DNA of 32,000 nucleotides, taken from Psychrobacter cryohalolentis K5 (GTDB lineage Bacteria > Pseudomonadota > Gammaproteobacteria > Pseudomonadales > Moraxellaceae). Location of the stretch: assembly GCF_000013905.1 (NCBI RefSeq), contig NC_007969.1, positions 1,890,001 through 1,922,000 on the forward strand, given 5' to 3'. A model generated the notes under the pieces. That model worked only from the letters and a program-made list of their open reading frames with translations. It was not told the origin of the DNA and did no database searches. Below, one piece after another: positions 1 to 9,180 of this stretch; position 1 is the stretch's first letter, and every line of letters starts with the position of its first letter. A program made the translations under genes and the position numbers.

Positions 1-60
1 CGTTCTCCTCAAAACTTCATTATCTAACAAATATCCAATGAAATATTAAAGGGACTTATT

Positions 61-1269
61 ATGACCCAGACCGCTTATATCTATGATGCCATTCGCACCC
101 CACGTGGCAAAGGCAAAAAAGATGGCTCCCTCCATCAGGCGTCACCTATCTGGCTGATTCGCACGCTACTAAAAGAGATGCAACAACGCCATAATTTAGA
201 TACCAGTTTGGTAGACGACGTCATTTTAGGCTGTGTGACACCAGTCGGTGAGCAGGGTTCTGATATCGCACGTATCGCCGTTATCGACGCTGATTGGCAT
301 GAGAGCGTAGCAGGGTTAACGCTGTCACGCTTTTGTGCGTCTGGTCTCGAGTCAATTAACCTTGCGGCAACCAAAGTCATGTCTGGTATGGAAGACTTAG
401 TCGTCGCCGGTGGTGTTGAGTCAATGAGCCGTGTACCAATGGGTATGGACGGCGGCGCTTGGTATATGGATCCACGAGTAAACGATGCCGTTCAGTTCGT
501 ACCTCAAGGGGTTGGCGCTGATACCATCGCAACGCTAAAAGGCTTTAGTCGTAAAGACGTTGACGAGTTTGCATCAGAATCACACAGAAGAGCAGCGGCT
601 GCATGGGGGAAAGGCTACTACGATAAGTCAGTCGTTCCCGTAAAAGATCTAAACGGTTTATTGCTATTAGACACAGACGAAACCATTCGTCCAAACACTT
701 CAGTGGAAACGCTAGCAGGCCTAAACCCATCATTTATAATGTCAGGCAAAATGGGCTTCGATGGCGTTATTCTTGATAAATATACGACGATTGAAAACGT
801 CAATCATGTGCACCACGCTGGTAACTCATCGGGTATCGTTGATGGTTCAGCATTGTGTCTTGTGGGTAGTAAAGCTGCTGGCAAAAAAGCAGGTCTAAAA
901 CCACGCGCTAAAATAACGATGGCATCTGTGATTGGCTCAGAGCCAACCATCATGTTAACTGGCCCTACCCCTGCCTGCAAAAAAGCACTGGCTAAAGCCG
1001 GTATGACTGCTGCTGATATCGACCTTTGGGAAATCAACGAAGCATTTGCAGCTGTGCCGCTTAATACCGCTGATGACTTTGGTCTCTCGCTTGATAAAGT
1101 GAACGTCAATGGTGGCGCTATCGCTATGGGTCACCCACTGGGTGCGACAGGCGCGATGCTGCTGACCACGGTACTTGATGAGCTTGAGCGCCGCGATCTA
1201 AAAACAGCAATGATTACCCTATGTGTCGGTGGTGGTATGGGTATTGCTACCATTATTGAGCGTGTTTAA
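61..1269 (+). CDS. Acetyl-CoA C-acyltransferase (thiolase family)
   Basis: 402-aa ORF. Thiolase hallmarks are present: the active-site Cys region [11 protein letters not shown], and the C-terminal [17 protein letters not shown] and CVGGGMG motifs. An AAAGGGA SD-like sequence lies upstream of the ATG. Confidence 0.93.
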   Translation: MTQTAYIYDAIRTPRGKGKKDGSLHQASPIWLIRTLLKEMQQRHNLDTSLVDDVILGCVTPVGEQGSDIARIAVIDADWHESVAGLTLSRFCASGLESINLAATKVMSGMEDLVVAGGVESMSRVPMGMDGGAWYMDPRVNDAVQFVPQGVGADTIATLKGFSRKDVDEFASESHRRAAAAWGKGYYDKSVVPVKDLNGLLLLDTDETIRPNTSVETLAGLNPSFIMSGKMGFDGVILDKYTTIENVNHVHHAGNSSGIVDGSALCLVGSKAAGKKAGLKPRAKITMASVIGSEPTIMLTGPTPACKKALAKAGMTAADIDLWEINEAFAAVPLNTADDFGLSLDKVNVNGGAIAMGHPLGATGAMLLTTVLDELERRDLKTAMITLCVGGGMGIATIIERV

Positions 1270-1325
1270 GCCTCAAATATTACCTATATATGGACAAACC
1301 TACGCATAGAAAATAAGGATATCGA

Positions 1326-3512
1326 ATGAACGCAAACAGTGTAAATGCCATTAATGAATTAAACAGTTTTTCAGCAGAATCAGACAACGGTATTATCACG
1401 GTTACTATCGATCAAGCAGATCGTAAGATGAATGTCATCGGTGATGGCTTTAATGACGCCTTTGCCAAATTGACGGATGCTTTTGTCAACGACCAAGAAG
1501 CAAAAGGTTTGATCCTCACGTCTGGTAAATCAACCTTTGTAGTTGGTGCAGATATTGACCAACTGGCCACTCTTGAAACTGCTGAGCAAGCGTTTGACTT
1601 GGTTGAGGACTTAAAAACTAGCCTGCGTAAACTTGAAACTTCAGGTAAGCCAGTGGTTGCTGCCATTACTGGTACGGCACTAGGTGGCGGTTTAGAGCTG
1701 GCGTTAGCCTGTCATTATCGCATCGCTATTGACTCTTCTCCAAAGACCGCGTCTAAAACCAAGCTTGGTCTACCTGAAGTTAAACTAGGCCTATTGCCTG
1801 GTGGCGGTGGTACTCAGCGTCTGCCACGCTTGGTTGGTATTCAAAAAGCTCTTGAGCTGATGACGCAAGGCAAAGAGCTGCGCCCACAGCAAGCGGTTGA
1901 CATTGGTCTTATCGATGATGTGGCTGATGATAATGATGGGCTTATCAGTAAGGCTAAAGCGTGGATTAATGACAATCCAAAAGCGCAGCAACCTTGGGAC
2001 AAAAAAGGCTTTAAAATCCCAGGCGGTGACAGCAAGCATCCTAAAATAGTGCAAGTATTTTCGATTGCGCCAGCGATGGCAAATCAAAAATCACACGGCA
2101 ATTATCCTGCCATTACCCATATCTTATCTAGCGTATTTGAGGGCTGCCTAACCGATATCGATAACGGTCTTAAAATCGAATCACGCTTTTTTGTCGCTTG
2201 TGTATTATCAGACGCGTCCAAAAATATGATAAATACGCTTTGGACACAGTTAAATAGCATTAAAAAAGGTCAGTCACGCCCAGAAGGGTTTGAGCGTTCT
2301 AAAGTAAGCAAAGTCGGCATACTTGGTGCTGGCATGATGGGTGCTGGTATCGCTTACGTCTCAGCTAAAGCGGGTATGGAAGTGGTGCTGTTAGATACGG
2401 CTATCGAAGGCGCTGAAAAAGGCAAAAACTATTCTACTAAGTTGCTAGATAAGGCGATCAGCCGTGGTCGTTCAACACCAGAGAAAAAACAAGCACTGTT
2501 AGACCTTATTAAAACCACAACGTCTTACGACGATTTAGAAGGCTGTGATTTAATTATCGAAGCGGTATTCGAAGATGTAGACATCAAAGCTGAATGCACG
2601 CGTAATGCTGAAGCAGTAATTCCAGAAAATGCCGTTTATGCGTCAAACACGTCTACATTGCCTATCACTGAACTTGCCAAAGCCAGCAAGCGTCCAAACC
2701 AGTTTATCGGTCTACATTTCTTCTCGCCAGTAGATAAGATGCCATTGGTTGAGATTATCGTGGGCGAAGAAACGGACAATGCAACGTTAGCCAAAGGCTT
2801 TGATTATGTTGGTCAAATCGGTAAGACACCTATCGTTGTCAATGACAGCCGAGGCTTCTACACTTCTCGCGTCTTTGGTACTTATGTCTCAGAAAGTATT
2901 GCCATGTTAAGTGAAGGTATTCATCCTCGTAGTATTGAAGTGGCTGGTATGAAATCTGGTATGCCGATGCCGCCACTCGCACTGCAAGATGAGGTGTCAC
3001 TAAGCCTATCATTACATGTCATGCAGCAAACCAAGCGTGCCTTAGAAGCGCAAGGCAAAACCTTTACACCGCATCCAGCCATGCCAGTGGTAGAAAAAAT
3101 GGTCAAAGAACTTGGCCGTGAAGGTAAAAAGGTTGCTAAAGGCTTCTATGATTATCCAGAAAATGGCGAAAAGTACTTATGGTCTGAACTCACTGAACTG
3201 TACCCAATAACAGATGAGCAGCCGACTCAGCAAGACTTGGTAGACCGCCTACTTTACGTGCAAGCCAATGAGACCGCGAAGTGTTTCGAGGAAAACGTCG
3301 TACGTACGGTAGCTGATGCAAACGTAGGTTCAATCTTCGGTTGGGGCTTTGCACCGAACCAAGGTGGTACGCTTCAGTTTATCAACTCAGTAGGCGTTGA
3401 TAAATTTGTTGAACGTAGCCGCGAGCTTGCTAGCAAATATGGTAAACGGTTTGAACCGGCTCAAATATTAGTGGATATGGCTTCAAGTGGTGAGGAGTTT
3501 ATAGATGGCTAA
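1326..3512 (+). CDS. Bifunctional enoyl-CoA hydratase / 3-hydroxyacyl-CoA dehydrogenase (FadB/FadJ-like)
   Basis: 728-aa ORF. It has an N-terminal crotonase signature (AAITGTALGGGLELALACHYRIA), a central Rossmann motif (VGILGAGMMGAGIA) and the HFFSPVDKMPLVEII dehydrogenase motif. An AAGGA SD is present, and the gene lies 57 nt after the thiolase. Confidence 0.92.
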   Translation: MNANSVNAINELNSFSAESDNGIITVTIDQADRKMNVIGDGFNDAFAKLTDAFVNDQEAKGLILTSGKSTFVVGADIDQLATLETAEQAFDLVEDLKTSLRKLETSGKPVVAAITGTALGGGLELALACHYRIAIDSSPKTASKTKLGLPEVKLGLLPGGGGTQRLPRLVGIQKALELMTQGKELRPQQAVDIGLIDDVADDNDGLISKAKAWINDNPKAQQPWDKKGFKIPGGDSKHPKIVQVFSIAPAMANQKSHGNYPAITHILSSVFEGCLTDIDNGLKIESRFFVACVLSDASKNMINTLWTQLNSIKKGQSRPEGFERSKVSKVGILGAGMMGAGIAYVSAKAGMEVVLLDTAIEGAEKGKNYSTKLLDKAISRGRSTPEKKQALLDLIKTTTSYDDLEGCDLIIEAVFEDVDIKAECTRNAEAVIPENAVYASNTSTLPITELAKASKRPNQFIGLHFFSPVDKMPLVEIIVGEETDNATLAKGFDYVGQIGKTPIVVNDSRGFYTSRVFGTYVSESIAMLSEGIHPRSIEVAGMKSGMPMPPLALQDEVSLSLSLHVMQQTKRALEAQGKTFTPHPAMPVVEKMVKELGREGKKVAKGFYDYPENGEKYLWSELTELYPITDEQPTQQDLVDRLLYVQANETAKCFEENVVRTVADANVGSIFGWGFAPNQGGTLQFINSVGVDKFVERSRELASKYGKRFEPAQILVDMASSGEEFIDG

Positions 3513-4563
3513 TCAAGCTGATGCTATGAAAAACTGCCTACAGGGGCTGCGCGTTGTTGATTTGACGCGCAACCTCCCAGGGCCTTTTGCGACTAGACTA
3601 CTTGCTGACTTGGGCGCGGATGTTATTAAGATTGAACCGCTTAATGGCGATCCTGCCCGCGCCTTTGGCGAGCTATTCACCGCGTTAAACCATGGTAAAA
3701 AGACTCAAAAAATTGATTTTCGTGATTCAGCAGGTATTGAAACAATCAAAACGCATCTTAAAGATGCCGATGTGATGCTTGATAGTTTTCGCCCAGAAGT
3801 GCTTGAAGGTATAGGGCTGGACGCTAAGACCCTGCATGCTATTAATCCAAAGCTGGTCATGGTATCGATTACGGGTTATGGCGTTGTTGATGGCGAGAGC
3901 ATTACCCATGATTGGGCTAATAAAGCTGGTCATGACATCAACTTTATGGCGATGAGCGGCGTGCTTGATCAGCTCAAAACCGCAGATGGTGATCAAGCAA
4001 TGCCTAATATCCAGTTTGCAGATTTGGCAGGCGGCAGTGATACGGCAGTCATTACCCTTTTGGCTGCCGTGTTGTCAGCACAGCGCACGGGTAAAGGTCG
4101 TCACGTTGCGGTCAGTATGACCCATAGCTTGTATCAGCATCTGGTCATGCCAAAAGCAACTGGTAAGTTGGTTGCAAGCTTCTCTGGTAAAAACCCAAAG
4201 CCGGAGCATGATTTTTTAGGTGGTCTACTACCCTGCTATCGTTTGTACAAAACAGCAGATGATCGTCATATGGCAGTCGGCTCTTTAGAGCTAAAGTTTT
4301 GGCAAGGGTTATGTGACGTATTAGAATTACCTGAGCTCAAAACTAAACATTGGCAAATGGGTGTCATGCCTAATACCAGAGACAGCCAAGAAACGGCGCA
4401 ATTGGTCGCTGATACCTTTGCCAGATATGGTCTTGCTCACTGGCAGCAGGTTTTTGAATCGGCAGATGTGTGCGTTACGCCAGTTCTTACACTAGAGGAA
4501 GCGCGCGCGCACCCTTTATTTGCGCACCAAGATGAGCATGGTGCAACATTAGGCTGGCAGTAA
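3505..4563 (+). CDS. Family III CoA-transferase (CaiB/BaiF) / alpha-methylacyl-CoA racemase-like protein
   Basis: 352-aa ORF whose N-terminus LQGLRVVDLTRNLPGPFATRLLADLGADVIKIE is typical of family III CoA-transferases and racemases. Its start overlaps the fadB-like stop by 8 nt (ATGGCTAA), which suggests translational coupling. Confidence 0.8.
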   Translation: MANQADAMKNCLQGLRVVDLTRNLPGPFATRLLADLGADVIKIEPLNGDPARAFGELFTALNHGKKTQKIDFRDSAGIETIKTHLKDADVMLDSFRPEVLEGIGLDAKTLHAINPKLVMVSITGYGVVDGESITHDWANKAGHDINFMAMSGVLDQLKTADGDQAMPNIQFADLAGGSDTAVITLLAAVLSAQRTGKGRHVAVSMTHSLYQHLVMPKATGKLVASFSGKNPKPEHDFLGGLLPCYRLYKTADDRHMAVGSLELKFWQGLCDVLELPELKTKHWQMGVMPNTRDSQETAQLVADTFARYGLAHWQQVFESADVCVTPVLTLEEARAHPLFAHQDEHGATLGWQ

Positions 4564-4619
4564 AATGACATAGTCAGGACGCTATGTTAAAGTTAATCGT
4601 CAAAAACCAAAGAAGGTTT

Positions 4620-4855
4620 ATGTTGGAAAAAATCGTTCATGATACCAACATTACAAATATCAGCAGCAGCGGTATCGACACGATGGACACAAAAGGCTAT
4701 ATAAAATCTTCGTCGTTAAAGCAGATCTAAGTTTGACTAAAGAGGAAGTCTTGCAATTTTGCAAAGAAGGTTTGACGGGATGTAATAGTTATCGCGGTGA
4801 TAGCAATAAGACACCGCATATGAACCTAAAACATTATTTGCATTGTTGTTTTTAA
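4620..4855 (+). pseudogene. Decayed C-terminal remnant of an AMP-dependent acyl-CoA synthetase/ligase
   Basis: Two short reading frames resemble the C-terminal domain of adenylate-forming enzymes. Frame 1 gives GIDTMDTKGYIKSSSLKQI* (compare D..dGY..i.gR.Kd.I). A shifted frame gives IFVVKADLSLTKEEVLQFCKEGLTG..YRGDSNKTP (compare afVV...lt.eel..fc...La.YK.P...PkT). The piece is far too short to be a functional gene. Confidence 0.45.
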
Positions 4856-5031
4856 TTATCTTTATTCAAGCATTTTGAGACATCAAAATAACCACTAATA
4901 ATTACTCTTTTAGTTAAGAGCAGTCGTTGTCAGTGCCATTGGCAAGTATTTAACACCTTTTAAGTTGCTCTAAGCGAATCTATACAGGCATTACAAACTT
5001 AGCCAAAACAAACACCAACGCATAAACAAAG

Positions 5032-5937
5032 TTAAAAACGATCCCAATAAGGATCATCGCCAAAACGCTCAGCGATAAAATCGATTAGATAACGGCAGCG
5101 CTGCGATAAAAATCGGTTTTTGGGATAAACAGCATAAGCATTTAAAGTCGGCAATTGATACTGCTGCATGATGGGCACAAGTGCACCACTGGCTAAGGTT
5201 TTGTAAGTAATAAAATTGGGCAAAAAAGCGATTCCATGACCTTTTACCGCCATTTCTCGTAAAAAGTCGCCATTATTGACCTTTATCTTTGAGTTGATAG
5301 CGACTTGGTGCTTTTTACCTTGCTCGTCTATGAGCTCTATCGTGCTGGATTTGTTTAGACCGTATTGTAAAAACTCATGCTTGGCAAAATCTTCTAGGGT
5401 AGTTGGTGTGCCCATTTTACTCAAATATTCAGGGCTGGCACATAAGGTATAGCGAATTAGCGCCAGACGTTTGGCTTGATAGCTCGAGTCCTGCAGTTCT
5501 CTAATACGAATCCCCAATTCAAACCCTTCTTCAACCAAATCTGTATGCCGATCAGAGAAATCGAGCTCAAAGTTCAAATTGGGATGCTGATTGGCATATT
5601 CATCAATGACATCATTTAGATGCATCAAGCCAAATGACAATGGCGCGGTCATTTTTAAGATGCCCTCGATACGCGTAGGCGCACCACTGGTTTCTTCGTT
5701 TAGGGCGTCAACTTCGCTCAGTATATTGTTCACCTTTTGGTAATACTGCTCACCGGCTTGGGTTAAGTTGGATTGGCGCGTGGTGCGGCTAATAAGTTGA
5801 CTGCCTAACCGCGTCTCTAAATCCTTGAGGCGACGGCTAACCGCTGATTTGGCAATATTTAGTTGTTCGGCAGCCTTGGTAATGCTACCGGCTTCAACAA
5901 TGCGTACAAACATTGCCATGTCTTCTAATTGTCCCAT
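5032..5937 (-). CDS. LysR-family transcriptional regulator
   Basis: 301-aa ORF with an N-terminal helix-turn-helix (HTH), GSITKAAEQLNIAKSAVSRRLKDLETRLG, and a LysR substrate-binding domain length. It is divergent from the DoxX-pirin cluster. Confidence 0.9.
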   Translation of the reverse strand: MGQLEDMAMFVRIVEAGSITKAAEQLNIAKSAVSRRLKDLETRLGSQLISRTTRQSNLTQAGEQYYQKVNNILSEVDALNEETSGAPTRIEGILKMTAPLSFGLMHLNDVIDEYANQHPNLNFELDFSDRHTDLVEEGFELGIRIRELQDSSYQAKRLALIRYTLCASPEYLSKMGTPTTLEDFAKHEFLQYGLNKSSTIELIDEQGKKHQVAINSKIKVNNGDFLREMAVKGHGIAFLPNFITYKTLASGALVPIMQQYQLPTLNAYAVYPKNRFLSQRCRYLIDFIAERFGDDPYWDRF

Positions 5938-5955
5938 ATAAGATGCTCCTTGACT

Positions 5956-5972
5956 GTTCTCTAAATAAGAAC
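5956..5972. promoter_or_regulatory. Candidate LysR operator, GTTCT-N7-AGAAC dyad
   Basis: Perfect 5-bp dyad GTTCTctaaataAGAAC in the divergent LysR/DoxX intergenic region. A near-identical dyad lies at 7376..7392. Confidence 0.3.
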
Positions 5973-6087
5973 TGTTATTTGCGATTATTACGGTTTATCT
6001 ATACATGGTCAACAATTAAAATATAATCATTACTTAGCGACATACAAACGATTTAGATCCACATTGTGACATTTTTGGAGAATTACT

Positions 6088-6477
6088 ATGGATAAATTAC
6101 AAGAGCTTAGCGCCCCAATTGGTCGCCTATTTTTATCAATGATTTTTATCTTTTCAGGCTTTACCAAAATCACAGGCTACGCTGCTACTCAAGGTTATAT
6201 GGAGTCGATGGGCGTACCGGGTATGCTATTACCGTTGGTGATTGCCCTTGAGTTATTTGGTGGCATTGCTATTTTGCTTGGTTTTAAAGCACGCCTGATT
6301 GCGTTATTGTTCGTGGGTTTTAACATTATATCAGCACTGCTTTTCCATCAGTTCTGGATTGATGAATCACAAATGAACCCGTTTATGAAAAACATCGCGA
6401 TAGCAGGTGGTTTCTTAATGATTTTTGCTCATGGTGCAGGCGCTTATTCGATTGATCACAGCAACACGCGTAGATAA
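6088..6477 (+). CDS. DoxX-family membrane protein
   Basis: 129-aa ORF with four hydrophobic segments and a DoxX-like N-terminus (GRLFLSMIFIFSGFTKI). A GGAGA SD lies 6 nt upstream. Confidence 0.75.
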   Translation: MDKLQELSAPIGRLFLSMIFIFSGFTKITGYAATQGYMESMGVPGMLLPLVIALELFGGIAILLGFKARLIALLFVGFNIISALLFHQFWIDESQMNPFMKNIAIAGGFLMIFAHGAGAYSIDHSNTRR

Positions 6478-6554
6478 CTGCCTATAACTAAAAGTAAGAA
6501 AACAATGGTTAAACGTGTATTTATACTCACTTATACTTATGACAGCTCCTTATC

Positions 6555-7277
6555 ATGACAACTAACGCTCACAGCCCATCTAAGGATAACTTACCAAGTT
6601 TTTGGCAGCGTCATCAAACGCCTGTGTTATTGACAGTAGTTGGCGGTGCTATTGATACCATTGGTTTTATCACCTTGTTTGGTTTCTTCACCGCACATGT
6701 CACGGGTAACTTGGTGATGGCGGGCAGTGGCTTGGTGAAAGGTGAAGCCGGTCTATGGATTAAACTTGCCGCCTTACCGTTATTTATTTTGACGGTCATG
6801 GTGACCAAGATATTTATTGACCATAGTAAAAATAAACAGCTAACGCTGAGCCATTTATTCTTAGCGGAAGCATTTTTTCTGACCGCTTTTATGATTGCCG
6901 GTTTGTACTATCAGCCTTTTGTCGATGCTGGTGATATAACCGTGGCGATAACGGGTGGATTAGGCTTAATTGCGCTGGCGATTCGCAATACCGCTAGTAA
7001 AACGGTGATTAAGCATATGAGTCCGACAGTATTGATGACGGGTAATACTACGCAACTGGGTATCAATCTGACCGATTACTTGGTCAGTCGCACAGCGGAC
7101 AATCGCAAAAAACTGGCACACAGCTCAGTATTGGTATCTAGCTTTTTAGTAGGTGCATTAGTGGGTGCGTTGTTATATATGCAGCTAAGTTTTTGGGCAG
7201 TAGGCTTATTTGTTTTGCCCGTGCTGTATCTATCAGTTAGGGCGCGTGATAGAGACTTTTTACAACATATTGCGTAA
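6555..7277 (+). CDS. YoaK/DUF1275-family membrane protein
   Basis: 240-aa polytopic ORF. The motif GGAIDTIGFITLFGFFTAHVTGNLV resembles the DUF1275 signature (G..D...f..l...F....TGN). Confidence 0.65.
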   Translation: MTTNAHSPSKDNLPSFWQRHQTPVLLTVVGGAIDTIGFITLFGFFTAHVTGNLVMAGSGLVKGEAGLWIKLAALPLFILTVMVTKIFIDHSKNKQLTLSHLFLAEAFFLTAFMIAGLYYQPFVDAGDITVAITGGLGLIALAIRNTASKTVIKHMSPTVLMTGNTTQLGINLTDYLVSRTADNRKKLAHSSVLVSSFLVGALVGALLYMQLSFWAVGLFVLPVLYLSVRARDRDFLQHIA

Positions 7278-7375
7278 TGGATTTTTGGGCTTATAGCAAC
7301 CGTTTATGCAACTGACCCTGTTATAGAATCCATGGTTCCACTATGAATATGTGGCGCTATCTCTGCCATCCAATT

Positions 7376-7392
7376 GTTCTAAAAACAAGAAT
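7376..7392. promoter_or_regulatory. Second GTTCT-N7-AGAAT dyad, upstream of the pirin gene
   Basis: GTTCTaaaaacaAGAAT lies 125 nt upstream of the pirin ATG. It has the same half-sites and spacing as the 5956..5972 dyad. Confidence 0.25.
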
Positions 7393-7516
7393 AGCTAATT
7401 GCATTTAACGTTGTTTATCTATTAGCTGACAACAATTATAATAGACCCATTGTTTAAGCAAGTTAATTAATAATAAATTTATAGACATTTAACCTATTAA
7501 TATCTAAGGATAAATT

Positions 7517-8227
7517 ATGAAAACCATCTATCATGCAGCAGATTCTCGTGGCGATGCCAACCATGGCTGGCTCAAAAGCAAGCACACCTTTAGCTTTGCC
7601 AATTATCACAATCCAGAACGTATGGGCTTTGGCGCGCTACGTGTCATCAATGATGACTTCGTCATTGGTGGTCAAGGCTTTGGTAAGCACTCACACCGCG
7701 ATATGGAAATTATCAGTATTCCTCTATCCGGTAAGCTCGGTCACGGCGATAACATCGGTAATAATGGCATCATCGAAACCGGTGAAATCCAAGTCATGTC
7801 AGCGGGTACTGGTATCACGCACAGCGAAATGAATGGCGATGACAAAGAAGAGGTGAAGTTCCTACAGATTTGGGTTATTCCAAATAAAATGAACGTTGAG
7901 CCTCGTTATCAGCAAGTTCGTATGGACGATATCCTAAAGCCAAATGAGTTCAATCAAGTATTGTCACCCAATGCTGACGATGCAGGCGTATGGATTCATC
8001 AAGATGCTTGGTTTAGCATGGGTGATTTCGATAAAGGTGTTACCCATACCTATCAGCTAAAAGATCCTAACAATGGTGTTTATGTCTTTGTCATTAGCGG
8101 TAAAGTTGTCGTAAACGGTAACACTTTGGATACACGCGATGGCCTTGGTGTTTGGGATACTAAGAACTTTACGATGGACGTCATCGATGATGCTAAAGTA
8201 TTGCTAATGGAAGTACCAATGAGCTAA
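7517..8227 (+). CDS. Pirin-family protein (YhhW-like, quercetin 2,3-dioxygenase type)
   Basis: 236-aa ORF with a bicupin length and the metal-binding region FGKHSHRDMEIISIPLSG...GITHSE. An AAGGA SD is present. Confidence 0.88.
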   Translation: MKTIYHAADSRGDANHGWLKSKHTFSFANYHNPERMGFGALRVINDDFVIGGQGFGKHSHRDMEIISIPLSGKLGHGDNIGNNGIIETGEIQVMSAGTGITHSEMNGDDKEEVKFLQIWVIPNKMNVEPRYQQVRMDDILKPNEFNQVLSPNADDAGVWIHQDAWFSMGDFDKGVTHTYQLKDPNNGVYVFVISGKVVVNGNTLDTRDGLGVWDTKNFTMDVIDDAKVLLMEVPMS

Positions 8228-8362
8228 TGGACGCTTCAACGCATTTTAATTTATCTATACTAAAAGATAATTATTGGAAGTGTAGATACTGGATATAACC
8301 ATTAATAGTACCGATCATTTATTAGTTCGAATCAATTTATATTAACCATGTGGAGAAATACT

Positions 8363-8971
8363 ATGTCAGACCTAAATACCTTACAACAACTTGCTGAAAA
8401 ACGCCGTTCTATCTATGCGTTGAGCAATCAATTACCCGTATCGAATGACGAAGTCGTTAAGTTGGTTGAGCATGCAATCTTGCATACGCCGTCGTCGTTC
8501 AACTCACAATCGACGCGTGTTGTCGTATTGTTTGGTGAAGAGCATCAGAAACTGTGGAATATCACTGAAGAGACGTTACATGCAATCGTTGGTGATGAAG
8601 AGAAGTTTAAATCAACAAAAGACAAAATCGCGGGCTTTAAGGCGGGTGCAGGTACAATCATGTTCTTTGAAAATCAAAGTGTCGTGAAAAGCATGCAAGA
8701 AAACGCGCCGTTATATGCAGATAAGTTCCCCATTTGGGCACATCAAACCAACGCGATGCATCAGTATGTTATTTGGACGGCTTTGGCCAGTATCGACGTT
8801 GGCGCAAATCTGCAACACTATAATCCTATTATCGATGACAAAGTTGCTGAAGCATGGAATATTGACAAAGACTGGACGCTAAACGCTCAAATGGTATTTG
8901 GTGCTATCGAGCAGCCTGCAGGCGACAAAACGTTTAAGCCTGTCGAAGAGCGCATGAAAGTATTTGGTTAA
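8363..8971 (+). CDS. Nitroreductase-family oxidoreductase
   Basis: The N-terminus RRSIYALSNQLPVSNDEVVKLVEHAILHTPSSFNSQSTRVVVL is typical of FMN nitroreductase-like proteins. I prefer the ATG at 8363 (GGAGA SD 7 nt upstream) over the track start at 8348. Confidence 0.8.
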   Translation: MSDLNTLQQLAEKRRSIYALSNQLPVSNDEVVKLVEHAILHTPSSFNSQSTRVVVLFGEEHQKLWNITEETLHAIVGDEEKFKSTKDKIAGFKAGAGTIMFFENQSVVKSMQENAPLYADKFPIWAHQTNAMHQYVIWTALASIDVGANLQHYNPIIDDKVAEAWNIDKDWTLNAQMVFGAIEQPAGDKTFKPVEERMKVFG

Positions 8972-9010
8972 TATCGCATAGTTTTCAATACTAAGCTGCT
9001 CACAATATAG

Positions 9011-9055
9011 ACAATAAAACCGCTATCGAAATATCTTAGCGGTTTTATTGTTTTG
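9011..9055 (+). terminator. Rho-independent terminator after the nitroreductase gene
   Basis: Perfect 15-bp stem (acaataaaaccgcta / tagcggttttattgt) with an 11-nt loop, followed by TTTT. Confidence 0.8.
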
Positions 9056-9133
9056 ACATTCTTTTAATTTAATTGTGCTTACAAGGTATTTACCACAGCA
9101 ACCCACTTGCTTGTCATAATTTTGTATTGGCTT

Positions 9134-9162
9134 AAAAAAGCCTCCTTATTGGAGACTTTTCT
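9134..9162 (-). terminator. Rho-independent terminator of the minus-strand guanidino operon
   Basis: The minus strand reads aaaaGUCUCC-AAUAA-GGAGGCUUUUUU, with one G-U pair. It lies immediately downstream of the ALDH remnant stop at 9181. Confidence 0.55.
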
Positions 9163-9180
9163 GTGTACAGATTTTGAGCA

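Noticed and set aside
135-1109. Minus-strand ORFs 135..380, 545..733, 618..803 and 804..1109 from the six-frame track.
   Set aside because: All four are fully embedded antisense to the strongly supported thiolase gene. They have no SD and their composition is low-complexity and Ser/Ala/Pro-rich. The same reasoning applies to 1412..1666, 1791..2087, 1841..2035, 2921..3106 and 3727..3996.
7533-7832. Alternate-frame 99-aa ORF inside the pirin gene, and similar embedded ORFs: 8445..8687, 10409..10681, 10790..10990, 12535..12801, 12759..12950, 13255..13678, 13845..14027, 15435..15918, 16086..16328, 16479..16694, 16910..17203, 19512..19748, 20020..20364, 20967..21236, 23489..23695, 24609..24899, 25696..25917, 26106..26306, 27296..27589, 28922..29252, 29896..30117, 30466..30717 and 30891..31145.
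   Set aside because: Each overlaps a gene with clear family motifs, in another frame or on the other strand. None has a recognisable domain or a convincing ribosome-binding site. I treated them as shadow ORFs.
9134-9162. Similarity between the terminator at 9134-9162 (aaaaaagcctcc-ttatt-ggagactttt) and the one at 25994-26024 (aaaaaagcctcc-taaatt-ggaggctttttt), considered as a dispersed repeat.
   Set aside because: The shared part is only a short GC clamp flanked by A and T runs, which is the generic architecture of intrinsic terminators. There is no extended flanking similarity.
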